Shown here one piece after another: positions 1-15,000 of a stretch of DNA of 64,000 bases (position 1 is the first letter of the stretch; each line of letters begins with the position of its first letter). The notes under the pieces are model-generated. The model did not search any database and was not told the DNA's origin. It worked only from the letters and a program-made list of their open reading frames with translations. Source of the stretch: Balanoglossus misakiensis (lineage: Eukaryota > Animalia > Hemichordata); NCBI GenBank assembly GCA_040954595.2, contig CM082596.2, forward strand, positions 10,684,461-10,748,460, given 5' to 3'. Made by a program: the position numbers and the translations under genes.

Positions 1-3000
1 GAACTACTTGGATATGTCTCTTGTTAAAAAGCACAACAGTCATTATTTTGTTCACATGAGTTTTATTGCTGCCAGGACATAACACAAATATTTTGATAAT
101 TTTGGCAATGACCCTTGATCTACTTGGATATGTCTCTTGTTAAAAAGCACAACAGTCATTATTGTGTTCACATGAGTTTTATTGCTGCCAGGACATAACC
201 AAAATATTTTGATAATTTTGGCAATGACCCTTGATCTACTTGGATATGTCTCTAGTTAAAAAGCACAACAGTCATGATTTTGTTTACGTGACTACTATTG
301 CTGCCAGGACATAACCCAAATATTTTGATAATTTTGGCAATGTCCCTTGATCTACTTGGATATGTCTCTTGTTAAAAAGCACAACAGTCATGATTGTGTT
401 CACACGAGTTTTATTGCTGCCAGAACATAACCCAAATATTTTGATAATTTTGGCAATGACCCTTGATCTACTTGGATATGTCTCTTGTTAAAAAGCACAA
501 CAGTCATGATTGTGTTCACACAAGTTTTATTGCTGCCAGGACATAACCCAACTATTTTGATAATTTTGGCAATGACCCTTGATCTACTTGGATATGTCTC
601 TATTTAAAAAGCACAACAGTCAGGATTTTGTTCACATGAGTTTTATCACTGCCAGGACATAACCCAAATATATTGATAATTTTGGCAATGACCCTTGATC
701 TACTTGGATATGTCTCTTGTTAAAATACACAACAGTCTTGATTTTGTTCACATGAGTTTTATCGCTGCCAGGACATAACCCAAATATTTTGATAATTTTG
801 GCAATGACCCTTGATCTACTTGGATATGTCTCGTGTTAAAAAGCACAACAGTCATGATTGTGTTAACACGAGTTTTATTGCTGCCAGGACATAACCCAAA
901 TATTTTGATAATTTTGGCAATGACCCTTGATCTTCTTGGATATGTCTCTTGTTAAAAAGCACAACAGTCATGATTTTGTTCACATGAGTTTTATTGCTGC
1001 CAGGACATAACCCAAATATTTTGATAATTTTGGCAATGACCCTTGATCTACTTGGATATGTCTCTTGTTAAAAAGCACAACAGTCAGGATTTTGTTCACA
1101 TGAGTTTTATTGCTTCCAGGACATAACCAAAATATTTTGATAGTTTTGGCAATGACTCTTGATCTACTTTGATATGTCTCTTGTTAAAAAGCACAACAGT
1201 CAGGATTTTGTTCACATGAGTACTATTGCTGGCAGGACATAACCAAACTATTTTGATAATTTTGGCAATGACTCTTCATCTACTTGGATATGTCTCTTGT
1301 TAAAATGCACAACATACATGATTTTGTTCACATGAATTCTATTGCTGTCAGGACATAACCCAAATATTTTGATAATTATGGCAATGACCCTTGAACTACT
1401 TGGATATGTCTCTTGATAAACAGCCAAACAGTCATGATTGTGTTCACACGAGTTTTATTGCTGCCAGGACATAACCCAAATATTTTGATAATTTTGGCAA
1501 TGACCCTTGATCGACTTGGATATGTCTCTTGTTAAAAAGCACAACAGTCATGATTTTGTTTACGTGACTACTATTGCTGCCAGGACTTAACCCAAATATT
1601 TTGATAATTTTGGCAATGACCCTTGATCTACTTGGATATGTCTCTTGTTAAAAAGCACAACAGTCATGATTGTGTTCACACAAGTTTTATTGCTGCCAGG
1701 ACATAACCCAAATATTTTTTATAATTTTGGCCATGACCCTTGATCTACTTGGATATATCTCTTGTTAAAAAGCACAACAGTCATGATTTTGTTTACGTGA
1801 CTACTATTGCTGCCAGGACTTAACCCAAATATTTTGATAATCTTGGCAATGACCCTTGATCTACTTGGATATGTCTCTTGATAAAAAGCACAACAGTTAT
1901 GATTGTGTTCACACGAGTTTTATTGATGCCAGGACATAACCCAAATATTTTGATAATTTTGGCCATGACCCTTGATCTACTTGGATATGTCTCTTGTTAA
2001 AAAGCACAACAGTCATGATTTTGTTTACGTGACTACTATTGCTGCCAGGACTTAACCCAAATATTTTGATAATTTTGGCAATGACCCTTAATCTACTTGG
2101 ATATGTCTCTTGATAAAAAGCACAACAGTCATGATTGTGCTCACATGAGTTTTATTGCTGCCAGGACATATACCAAGTATTTTGATAATTTTGGCAATGA
2201 CTCTTGATCTACTTGGATATGTCTCTTGTTAAAAAGCACAACAGTCATTATTTTGTTCACATGAGTTTTATTGCTGCCAGGACATAACCCAAATATTTTG
2301 ATAATTATGGCAATGACCCTTGATCTTCTTGGATATGTCTCTTGTTAAAAAGCACAACAGTCATGATTGTGTTCACACGAGTTTTATTGCTGCCAGGACA
2401 TAACCCAAATATTTTGATAATTTTGGCAATGACCCTTGATCTACTTGGATATGTCTCTAGTTAAAAAGCACAACAGTCATGATTTTGTTTACGTGACTAC
2501 TATTGCTGCCAGGACATAACCCAAATATTTTGATAATTTTGGCAATGTCCCTTGATCTACTTGGATATGTCTCTTGTTAAAAAGCACAACAGTCATGATT
2601 GTGTTCACACGAGTTTTATTGCTGCCAGAACATAACCCAAATATTTTGATAATTTTGGCAATGACCCTTGATCTACTTGGATATGTCTCTTGATAAAAAG
2701 CACAACAGTCATGATTGTGTTCACATGAGTTTTATTGCTGCCAGGAAATAACCCAAATATTTTGATAATTTTGGTAATGACCCTTGATCTTCTTGGATAT
2801 GTCTCTTGTTAAAAAGCACAACAGTCATGATTGTGTTCACACGAGTTTTATTGCTGCCAGGACATAACCCAAATATTTTGATAATTTTGGCAATGACCCT
2901 TGATCTACTTGGATATGTCTCTTGTTAAAAAGCACATCAGTCATGATTTTGTTAACATGAATTTTATTGCTGCCAGGACATATACCAAATATTTTGATAA

Positions 3001-6000
3001 TTTTGGCAATGACTCTTGATCTACATGAGTTTTATTGCTGACATGACATAACCCAAATATTTTGATAATTTTGGAAATGAACCTTGATCTACTTGGATAT
3101 GTCTCTTGTTAAAAAGCACAACAGTCATGATTGTGTTCACACAAGTTTTATTGCTGCCAGGACATAACCCAAATATTTTTTATAATTTTGGCCATGACCC
3201 TTGATCTACTTGGATATGTCTCTTGTTAAAAAGCACAACAGTCATGATTTTGTTTACGTGACTTCTATTGCTGCCAGGACTTAACCCAAATATTTTGATA
3301 ATCTTGGCAATGACCCTTGATTTACTTGGATATGTCTCTTGATAAAAAGCACAACAGTCATGATTGTGCTCACATGCGTTTTATTGCTGCCAGGACATAT
3401 ACCAAATATTTTGATAATTTTGGCAATGACTCTTGATCTACTTGGATATGTCTCTTGTTAAAAAGCACAACAGTCATTATTTTGTTCACATGAGTTTTAT
3501 TGCTGCCAGGACATAACCCAAATATTTTGATAATTATGGCAATGACCCTTGATCTTCTTTGATATGTCTCTTGTTAAAGAGCACAACAGTCATGATTGTG
3601 TTTACACGAGTTTTATTGCTGTCAGGACATAACCCAAATATTTTGATAATTTTGGCAATGACCCTTGATCTACTTGGATATGTCTCTTGTTAAAAAGCAA
3701 ATCAGTCATGATTTTGTTAACATGAGTTTTATTGCTGCCAGGACATACACCAAATATTTTGATAATTTTGGCAATGACTCTTGATCTACTTGGATATGTC
3801 TCTTGTTAAAAAGCACAACAGTCATTATTTTGTTCACATGAGTTTTATTGCTGCCAGGACATAACCTAAATATTTTGATAATTATGGCAATGACCCTTGA
3901 ACTACTTGGATATGTCTCTTGATAAAAAGCCCAACAGTCATTATTTTGTTCACATGAGTTTTATTGCTGCCATGACATAACCCAAATATTTTGATAATTT
4001 TGGCAATGACCCTTGAACTACTTGGATATGTCTCTTGTTAAAAAGCACAACAGTCATTATTTTGTTCACATGAGTTTTATTGCTGCCAGGACATAACCAA
4101 AATATTTTGATAATTTTGGCAATGACTCTTGATCTACATGAGTTTTATTGCTGACATGACATAACCCAAATATTTTGATAATTTTGGAAATGAACCTTGA
4201 TCTACTTGGATATGTCTCTTGTTAAAAAGCACAACAGTCATGATTGTGTTCACACAAGTTTTATTGCTGCCAGGACATAACCCAAATATTTTTTATAATT
4301 TTGGCCATGACCCTTGATCTACTTGGATATGTCTCTTGTTAAAAAGCACAACAGTCATGGTTTTGTTTACGTGACTACTATTGCTGCCAGGACTTAACCC
4401 AAATATTTTGATAATCTTGGCATTGACCCTTGATCTACTTGGATATGTCTCTTGATAAAAAGCACAACAGTCATGATTGTGTTCACACAAGTTTTATTGC
4501 TGCCAGGACATAACCCAAATATTTTGATAATTTTGGCAATGACCCTTGATCTACTTGGATATGTCTCTTGTTAAAAAGCACATCAGTCATGATTTTGTTA
4601 ACATGAATTTTATTGCTGCCAGGACATGTACCAAATATTTTGATAATTTTGGCAATGACTCTTGATCTACATGAGTTTTATTGCTGACATGATATAACCC
4701 AAATATTTTGATAATTTTGGAAATGACCCTTGATCTACTTGGATATGTCTCTTGTTAAAAAGCACAACAGTCATGATTGTGTTCACACAAGTTTTATTGC
4801 TGCCAGGACATAACCCAAATATTTTTTATAATTTTGGCCATGACCCTTGATCTACTTGGATATGTCTCTTGTTAAAAAGCACAACAGTCATGATTTTGTT
4901 TACGTGACTACTATTGCTGCCAGGACTTAACCCAAATATTTTGATAATCTTGGCAATGACCCTTGATCTACTTGGATATGTCTCTTGATAAAAAGCACAA
5001 CAGTCATGATTGTGTTCACATGAGTTTTATTGCTGCCAGGACATAACCCAAATATTTTGATAATTTTGGTAATGACCCTTGATCTTCTTGGATATGTCTC
5101 TTGTTAAAAAGCACAACAGTCATGATTGTGTTCACACGAGTTTTATTGCTGCCAGGACATAACCCAAATATTTTGATAATTTTGGCAATGACCCTTGATC
5201 TACTTGGATATGTCTCTTGTTAAAAAGCACATCAGTCATGATTTTGTTAACATGAATTTTATTGCTGCCAGGACATATACCAAATATTTTGATAATTTTG
5301 GCAATGACTCTTGATCTACATGAGTTTTATTGCTGACATGACATAACCCAAATATTTTGATAATTTTGGAAATGAACCTTGATCTACTTGGAAATGTCTC
5401 TTGTTAAAAAGCACAACAGTCATGATTGTGTTCACACAAGTTTTATTGCTGCCAGGACATAACCCAAATATTTTTTATAATTTTGGCCATGACCCTTGAT
5501 CTACTTGGATATGTCTCTTGTTAAAAAGCACAACAGTCATGATTTTGTTTACGTGACTACTATTGCTGCCAGGACTTAACCCAAATATTTTGATAATCTT
5601 GGCAATGACCCTTGATCTACTTGGATATGTCTCTTGATAAAAAGCACAACAGTCATGATTGTGTTCACATGAGTTTTATAGCTGCCAGGACATAACACAA
5701 ATATTTTGATAATTTTGGTAATGACCCTTGATCTTCTTGGATATGTCTCTTGTTAAAAAGCACAACAGTCATGATTGTGTTCACACGAGTTTTATTGCTG
5801 CCAGGACATAACCCAAATATTTTGATAATTTTGGCAATGACCCTTGATCTACTTGGATATGTCTCTTGTTAAAAAGCACATCAGTCATGATTTTGTTAAC
5901 ATGAATTTTATTGCTGCCAGGACATGTACCAAATATTTTGATAATTTTGGCAATGACTCTTGATCTACATGAGTTTTATTGCTGACATGATATAACCCAA

Positions 6001-9000
6001 ATATTTTGATAATTTTGGAAATGACCCTTGATCTACTTGGATATGTCTCTTGTTAAAAAGCACAACAGTCATGATTGTGTTCACACAAGTTTTATTGCTG
6101 CCAGGACATAACCCAAATATTTTTTATAATTTTGGCCATGACCCTTGATCTACTTGGATATGTCTCTTGTTAAAAAGCACAACAGTCATGATTTTGTTTA
6201 CGTGACTACTATTGCTGCCAGGACTTAACCCAAATATTTTGATAATCTTGGCAATGACCCTTGATCTACTTGGATATGTCTCTTGATAAAAAGCACAACA
6301 GTCATGATTGTGTTCACATGAGTTTTATTGCTGCCAGCACATAACCCAAATATTTTGATAATTTTGGTAATGACCCTTGATCTTCTTGGATATGTCTCTT
6401 GTTAAAAAGCACAACAGTCATGATTGTGTTCACACGAGTTTTATTGCTGCCAGGACATAACCCAAATATTTTGATAATTTTGGCAATGACCCTTGATCTA
6501 CTTGGATATGTCTCTTGTTAAAAAGCACGTCAGTCATGATTTTGTTAACATGAATTTTATTGCTGCCAGGACATATACCAAATATTTTGATAATTTTGGC
6601 AATGACTCTTGATCTACATGAGTTTTATTGCTGCCATGACATAACCCAAATATTTTGATAATTTTGACAATGACTCTTGATCTACTTGGATATGTCTCTT
6701 GTTAAAAAGCACAACAGTCATTATTTTGTTCACATGAGTTTTATTGCTGCCAGGACATAACCCAAATATTTTGATAATTATGGCAATGACCCTTGATCTT
6801 CTTGGATATGTCTCTTGTTAAAGAGCACAACAGTCATGATTGTGTTCACACGAGTTTTATTGCTGTCAGGACATAACCCAAATATTTTGATAATTTTGGC
6901 AATGACCCTTGATCTACTTGGATATGTCTCTTGTTAAAAAGCACATCAGTCATGATTTTGTTAACATGAGTTTATTGCTGCCAGGACATACACCAAATAT
7001 TTTGATAATTTTGGCAATGACTCTTGATCTACTTGGATATGTCTCTTGTTAAAAAGCACAACAGTCATTATTTTGTTCACATGAGTTTTATTGCTGCCAG
7101 GACATAACCTAAATATTTTGATAATTATGGCAATGACCCTTGAACTACTTGGATATGTCTCTTGATAAAAAGCCCAACAGTCATTATATTGTTCACATGA
7201 GTTTTATTGCTGCCATGACATAACCCAAATATTTTGATAATTTTGGCAATGACCCTTGAACTACTTGGATATGTCTCTTGTTAAAAAGCACAACAGTCAT
7301 TATTTTGTTCACATGAGTTTTATTGCTGCCAGGACATAACACAAATATTTTGATAATTTTGGCAATGACCCTTGATCTACTTGGATATGTCTCTAGTTAA
7401 AAAGCACAACAGTCATGATTGTGTTCACATGAGTTTTATTGCTGCCAGGAAATAACCCAAATATTTTGATAATTTTGGTAATGACCCTTGATCTTCTTGG
7501 ATATGTCTCTTGTTAAAAAGCACAACAGTCATGATTGTGTTCACACGAGTTTTATTGCTGCCAGGACATAACCCAAATATTTTGATAATTTTGGCAATGA
7601 CCCTTGATCTACTTGGATATGTCTCTTGTTAAAAAGCACATCAGTCATGATTTTGTTAACATGAATTTTATTGCTGCCAGGACATATACCAAATATTTTG
7701 ATAATTTTGGCAATGACTCTTGATCTACATGAGTTTTATTGCTGACATGACATAACCCAAATATTTTGATAATTTTGGAAATGAACCTTGATCTACTTGG
7801 ATATGTCTCTTGTTAAAAAGCACAACAGTCATGATTGTGTTCACACAAGTTTTATTGCTGCCAGGACATAACCCAAATATTTTTTATAATTTTGGCCATG
7901 ACCCTTGATCTACTTGGATATGTCTCTTGTTAAAAAGCACAACAGTCATGATTTTGTTTACGTGACTTCTATTGCTGCCAGGACTTAACCCAAATATTTT
8001 GATAATCTTGGCAATGACCCTTGATTTACTTGGATATGTCTCTTGATAAAAAGCACAACAGTCATGATTGTGCTCACATGCGTTTTATTGCTGCCAGGAC
8101 ATATACCAAATATTTTGATAATTTTGGCAATGACTCTTGATCTACTTGGATATGTCTCTTGTTAAAAAGCACAACAGTCATTATTTTGTTCACATGAGTT
8201 TTATTGCTGCCAGGACATAACCCAAATATTTTGATAATTATGGCAATGACCCTTGATCTTCTTTGATATGTCTCTTGTTAAAGAGCACAACAGTCATGAT
8301 TGTGTTTACACGAGTTTTATTGCTGTCAGGACATAACCCAAATATTTTGATAATTTTGGCAATGACCCTTGATCTACTTGGATATGTCTCTTGTTAAAAA
8401 GCAAATCAGTCATGATTTTGTTAACATGAGTTTTATTGCTGCCAGGACATACACCAAATATTTTGATAATTTTGGCAATGACTCTTGATCTACTTGGATA
8501 TGTCTCTTGTTAAAAAGCACAACAGTCATTATTTTGTTCACATGAGTTTTATTGCTGCCAGGACATAACCTAAATATTTTGATAATTATGGCAATGACCC
8601 TTGAACTACTTGGATATGTCTCTTGATAAAAAGCCCAACAGTCATTATTTTGTTCACATGAGTTTTATTGCTGCCATGACATAACCCAAATATTTTGATA
8701 ATTTTGGCAATGACCCTTGAACTACTTGGATATGTCTCTTGTTAAAAAGCACAACAGTCATTATTTTGTTCACATGAGTTTTATTGCTGCCAGGACATAA
8801 CCAAAATATTTTGATAATTTTGGCAATGACTCTTGATCTACATGAGTTTTATTGCTGACATGACATAACCCAAATATTTTGATAATTTTGGAAATGAACC
8901 TTGATCTACTTGGATATGTCTCTTGTTAAAAAGCACAACAGTCATGATTGTGTTCACACAAGTTTTATTGCTGCCAGGACATAACCCAAATATTTTTTAT

Positions 9001-12000
9001 AATTTTGGCCATGACCCTTGATCTACTTGGATATGTCTCTTGTTAAAAAGCACAACAGTCATGATTTTGTTTACGTGACTACTATTGCTGCCAGGACTTA
9101 ACCCAAATATTTTGATAATCTTGGCAATGACCCTTGATCTACTTGGATATGTCTCTTGATAAAAAGCACAACAGTCATGATTGTGTTCACACAAGTTTTA
9201 TTGCTGCCAGGACATAACCCAAATATTTTGATAATTTTGGCAATGACCCTTGATCTACTTGGATATGTCTCTTGTTAAAAAGCACATCAGTCATGATTTT
9301 GTTAACATGAATTTTATTGCTGCCAGGACATGTACCAAATATTTTGATAATTTTGGCAATGACTCTTGATCTACATGAGTTTTATTGCTGACATGATATA
9401 ACCCAAATATTTTGATAATTTTGGAAATGACCCTTGATCTACTTGGATATGTCTCTTGTTAAAAAGCACAACAGTCATGATTGTGTTCACACAAGTTTTA
9501 TTGCTGCCAGGACATAACCCAAATATTTTTTATAATTTTGGCCATGACCCTTGATCTACTTGGATATGTCTCTTGTTAAAAAGCACAACAGTCATGATTT
9601 TGTTTACGTGACTACTATTGCTGCCAGGACTTAACCCAAATATTTTGATAATCTTGGCAATGACCCTTGATCTACTTGGATATGTCTCTTGATAAAAAGC
9701 ACAACAGTCATGATTGTGTTCACATGAGTTTTATTGCTGCCAGGACATAACCCAAATATTTTGATAATTTTGGTAATGACCCTTGATCTTCTTGGATATG
9801 TCTCTTGTTAAAAAGCACAACAGTCATGATTGTGTTCACACGAGTTTTATTGCTGCCAGGACATAACCCAAATATTTTGATAATTTTGGCAATGACCCTT
9901 GATCTACTTGGATATGTCTCTTGTTAAAAAGCACATCAGTCATGATTTTGTTAACATGAATTTTATTGCTGCCAGGACATGTACCAAATATTTTGATAAT
10001 TTTGGCAATGACTCTTGATCTACATGAGTTTTATTGCTGACATGATATAACCCAAATATTTTGATAATTTTGGAAATGACCCTTGATCTACTTGGATATG
10101 TCTCTTGTTAAAAAGCACAACAGTCATGATTGTGTTCACACAAGTTTTATTGCTGCCAGGACATAACCCAAATATTTTTTATAATTTTGGCCATGACCCT
10201 TGATCTACTTGGATATGTCTCTTGTTAAAAAGCACAACAGTCATGATTTTGTTTACGTGACTACTATTGCTGCCAGGACTTAACCCAAATATTTTGATAA
10301 TCTTGGCAATGACCCTTGATCTACTTGGATATGTCTCTTGATAAAAAGCACAACAGTCATGATTGTGTTCACATGAGTTTTATTGCTGCCAGCACATAAC
10401 CCAAATATTTTGATAATTTTGGTAATGACCCTTGATCTTCTTGGATATGTCTCTTGTTAAAAAGCACAACAGTCATGATTGTGTTCACACGAGTTTTATT
10501 GCTGCCAGGACATAACCCAAATATTTTGATAATTTTGGCAATGACCCTTGATCTACTTGGATATGTCTCTTGTTAAAAAGCACATCAGTCATGATTTTGT
10601 TAACATGAATTTTATTGCTGCCAGGACATATACCAAATATTTTGATAATTTTGGCAATGACTCTTGATCTACATGAGTTTTATTGCTGACATGATATAAC
10701 CCAAATATTTTGATAATTTTGGAAATGACCCTTGATCTACTTGGATATGTCTCTTGTTAAAAAGCACAACAGTCATGATTGTGTTCACACAAGTTTTATT
10801 GCTGCCAGGACATAACCCAAATATTTTTTATAATTTTGGCCATGACCCTTGATCTACTTGGATATGTCTCTTGTTAAAAAGCAAAACAGTCATGATTTTG
10901 TTTACGTGACTACTATTGCTGCCAGGACTTAACCCAAATATTTTGATAATCTTGGCAATGACCCTTGATCTACTTGGATATGTCTCTTGATAAAAAGCAC
11001 AACAGTCATGATTGTGTTCACACGAGTTTTATTGCTGCCAGGACATAACCCCAATATTTAGATAATTTTGGCCATGACCCTTGATCTACTTGGATATGTC
11101 TCTTGTTAAAAAGCACAACAGTCATGATTTTGTTTACGTGACTACTATTGCTGCCAGGACTTAACCCAAATATTTTGATAATTTTGGCAATGACCCTTGA
11201 TCTACTGGGATATGTCTCTTGATAAAAAGCACAACAGTCATGATTGTGCTCACATGAGTTTTATTGCTGCCAGGACATATACCAAATATTTTGATAATTT
11301 TGGCAATGACTCTTGATCTACATGAGTTTTATTGCTGACATGATATAACCCAAATATTTTGATAATTTTGGAAATGACCCTTGATCTACTTGGATATGTC
11401 TCTTGTTAAAAAGCACAACAGTCATGATTGTGTTCACACAAGTTTTATTGCTGCCAGGACATAACCCAAATATTTTTTATAATTTTGGCCATGACCCTTG
11501 ATCTACTTGGATATGTCTCTTGTTAAAAAGCACAACAGTCATGATTTTGTTTACGTGACTACTATTGCTGCCAGGACTTAACCCAAATATTTTGATAATC
11601 TTCGCAATGACCCTTGATCTACTTGGATATGTCTCTTGATAAAAAGCACAACAGTCATGATTGTGTTCACACGAGTTTTATTGCTGCCAGGACATAACCC
11701 CAATATTTAGATAATTTTGGCCATGACCCTTGATCTACTTGGATATGTCTTTTGTTAAAAAGCACAACAGTCATGATTTTGTTTACGTGACTACTATTGC
11801 TGCCAGGACTTAACCCAAATATTTTGATAATTTTGGCAATGACCCTTGATCTACTTGGATATGTCTCTTGATAAAAAGCACAACAGTCATGATTGTGCTC
11901 ACATGAGTTTTATTGCTGCCAGGACATATACCAAATATTTTGATAATTTTGGCAATGACTCTTGATCTACTTGGATATGTCTCTTGTTAAAAAGCACAAC

Positions 12001-15000
12001 AGTCATTATTTTGTTCACATGAGTTTTATTGCTGCCAGGACATAACCCAAATATTTTGATAATTATGGCAATGACCCTTGATCTTCTTTGATATGTCTCT
12101 TGTTAAAGAGCACAACAGTCATGATTGTGTTCACACGAGTTTTATTGCTGTCAGGACATAACCCAAATATTTTGATAATTTTGGCAATGACCCTTGATCT
12201 ACTTGGATATGTCTCTTGTTAAAAAGCACATCAGTCATGATTTTGTTAACATGAGTTTTATTGCTGCCAGGACATACACCAAATATTTTGATAATTTTGG
12301 CAATGACTCTTGATCTACTTGGATATGTCTCTTGTTAAAAAGCACAACAGTCATTATTTTGTTCACATGAGTTTTATTGCTGCCAGGACATAACCTAAAT
12401 ATTTTGATAATTATGGCAATGACCCTTGAACTACTTGGATATGTCTCTTGATAAAAAGCCCAACAGTCATTATTTTGTTCACATGAGTTTTATTGCTGCC
12501 ATGACATAACCCAAATATTTTGATAATTTTGGCAATGACCCTTGAAATACTTGGATATGTCTCTTGTTAAAAAGCACAACAGTCATTATTTTGTTCACAT
12601 GAGTTTTATTGCTGCCAGGACATAACACAAATATTTTAATAATTTTGGCAATGACCCTTGATCTACTTGGATATGTCTCTTGTTAAAAAGCACAACAGTC
12701 ATTATTGTGTTCACATGAGTTTTATTGCTGCCAGGACATATCCAAAATATTTTGATAATTTTGGCAATGACCCTTGATCTACTTGGAGATGTCTCTTTTT
12801 AAAAAGCACAACAGTCATGATTTTGTTTACGTGACTACTATTGCTGCCAGGACATAACCGAAATATTTTGATAATTTTGGCAATGACCCTTGATCTACTT
12901 GGATATGTCTCTTGTTAAAAAGCACAACAGTCATGATTTTGTTTACGTGACTACTATTGCTGCCAGGACATAACCCAAATATTTTATAATTTTGGCCATG
13001 ACCCTTGATCTACTTGGATATGTCTTTTGTTAAAAAGCACAACAGTCATGATTTTGTTTACGTGACTACTATTGCTGCCAGGACTTAACCCAAATATTTT
13101 GATAATTTTGGCAATGACCCTTGATCTACTTGGATATGTCTCTTGATAAAAAGCACAACAGTCATGATTGTGCTCACATGAGTTTTATTGCTGCCAGGAC
13201 ATATACCAAATATTTTGATAATTTTGGCAATGACTCTTGATCTACTTGGATATGTCTCTTGTTAAAAAGCACAACAGTCATTATTTTGTTCACATGAGTT
13301 TTATTGCTGCCAGGACATAACCCAAATATTTTGATAATTATGGCAATGACCCTTGATCTTCTTTGATATGTCTCTTGTTAAAGAGCACAACAGTCATGAT
13401 TGTGTTCACACGAGTTTTATTGCTGTCAGGACATAACCCAAATATTTTGATAATTTTGGCAATGACCCTTGATCTACTTGGATATGTCTCTTGTTAAAAA
13501 GCACATCAGTCATGATTTTGTTAACATGAGTTTTATTGCTGCCAGGACATACACCAAATATTTTGATAATTTTGGCAATGACTCTTGATCTACTTGGATA
13601 TGTCTCTTGTTAAAAAGCACAACAGTCATTATTTTGTTCACATGAGTTTTATTGCTGCCAGGACATAACCTAAATATTTTGAGAATTATGGCAATGACCC
13701 TTGAACTACTTGGATATGTCTCTTGATAAAAAGCCCAACAGTCATTATTTTGTTCACATGAGTTTTATTGCTGCCATGACATAACCCAAATATTTTGATA
13801 ATTTTGGCAATGACCCTTGAAATACTTGGATATGTCTCTTGTTAAAAAGCACAACAGTCATTATTTTGTTCACATGAGTTTTATTGCTGCCAGGACATAA
13901 CACAAATATTTTAATAATTTTGGCAATGACCCTTGATCTACTTGGATATGTCTCTTGTTAAAAAGCACAACAGTCATTATTGTGTTCACATGAGTTTTAT
14001 TGCTGCCAGGACATATCCAAAATATTTTGATAATTTTGGCAATGACCCTTGATCTACTTGGAGATGTCTCTTTTTAAAAAGCACAACAGTCATGATTTTG
14101 TTTACGTGACTACTATTGCTGCCAGGACATAACCGAAATATTTTGATAATTTTGGCAATGACCCTTGATCTACTTGGATATGTCTCTTGTTAAAAAGCAC
14201 AACAGTCATGATTTTGTTTACGTGACTACTATTGCTGCCAGGACATAACCCAAATATTTTATAATTTTGGCCATGACCCTTGATCTACTTGGATATGTCT
14301 TTTGTTAAAAAGCACAACAGTCATGATTTTGTTTACGTGACTACTATTGCTGCCAGGACTTAACCCAAATATTTTGATAATTTTGGCAATGACCCTTGAT
14401 CTACTTGGATATGTCTCTTGATAAAAAGCACAACAGTCATGATTGTGCTCACATGAGTTTTATTGCTGCCAGGACATATACCAAATATTTTGATAATTTT
14501 GGCAATGACTCTTGATCTACTTGGATATGTCTCTTATTAAAAAGCACAACAGTCATTATTTTGTTCACATGAGTTTTATTGCTGCCAGGACATAACCCAA
14601 ATATTTTGATAATTATGGCAATGACCCTTGATCTTCTTTGATATGTCTCTTGTTAAAGAGCACAACAGTCATGATTGTGTTCACACGAGTTTTATTGCTG
14701 TCAGGACATAACCCAAATATTTTGATAATTTTGGCAATGACCCTTGATCTACTTGGATATGTCTCTTGTTAAAAAGCACATCAGTCATGATTTTGTTAAC
14801 ATGAGTTTTATTGCTGCCAGGACATACACCAAATATTTTGATAATTTTGGCAATGACTCTTGATCTACTTGGATATGTCTCTTGTTAAAAAGCACAACAG
14901 TCATTATTTTGTTCACATGAGTTTTATTGCTGCCAGGACATAACCTAAATATTTTGATAATTATGGCAATGACCCTTGAACTACTTGGATATGTCTCTTG

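Noticed and set aside
4293-9194. 65-aa ORFs in satellite 1 (and the 86-aa ORFs at 31080 and 32422)
   Set aside because: Chance open frames created by monomer variants; most monomers have stops in these frames.
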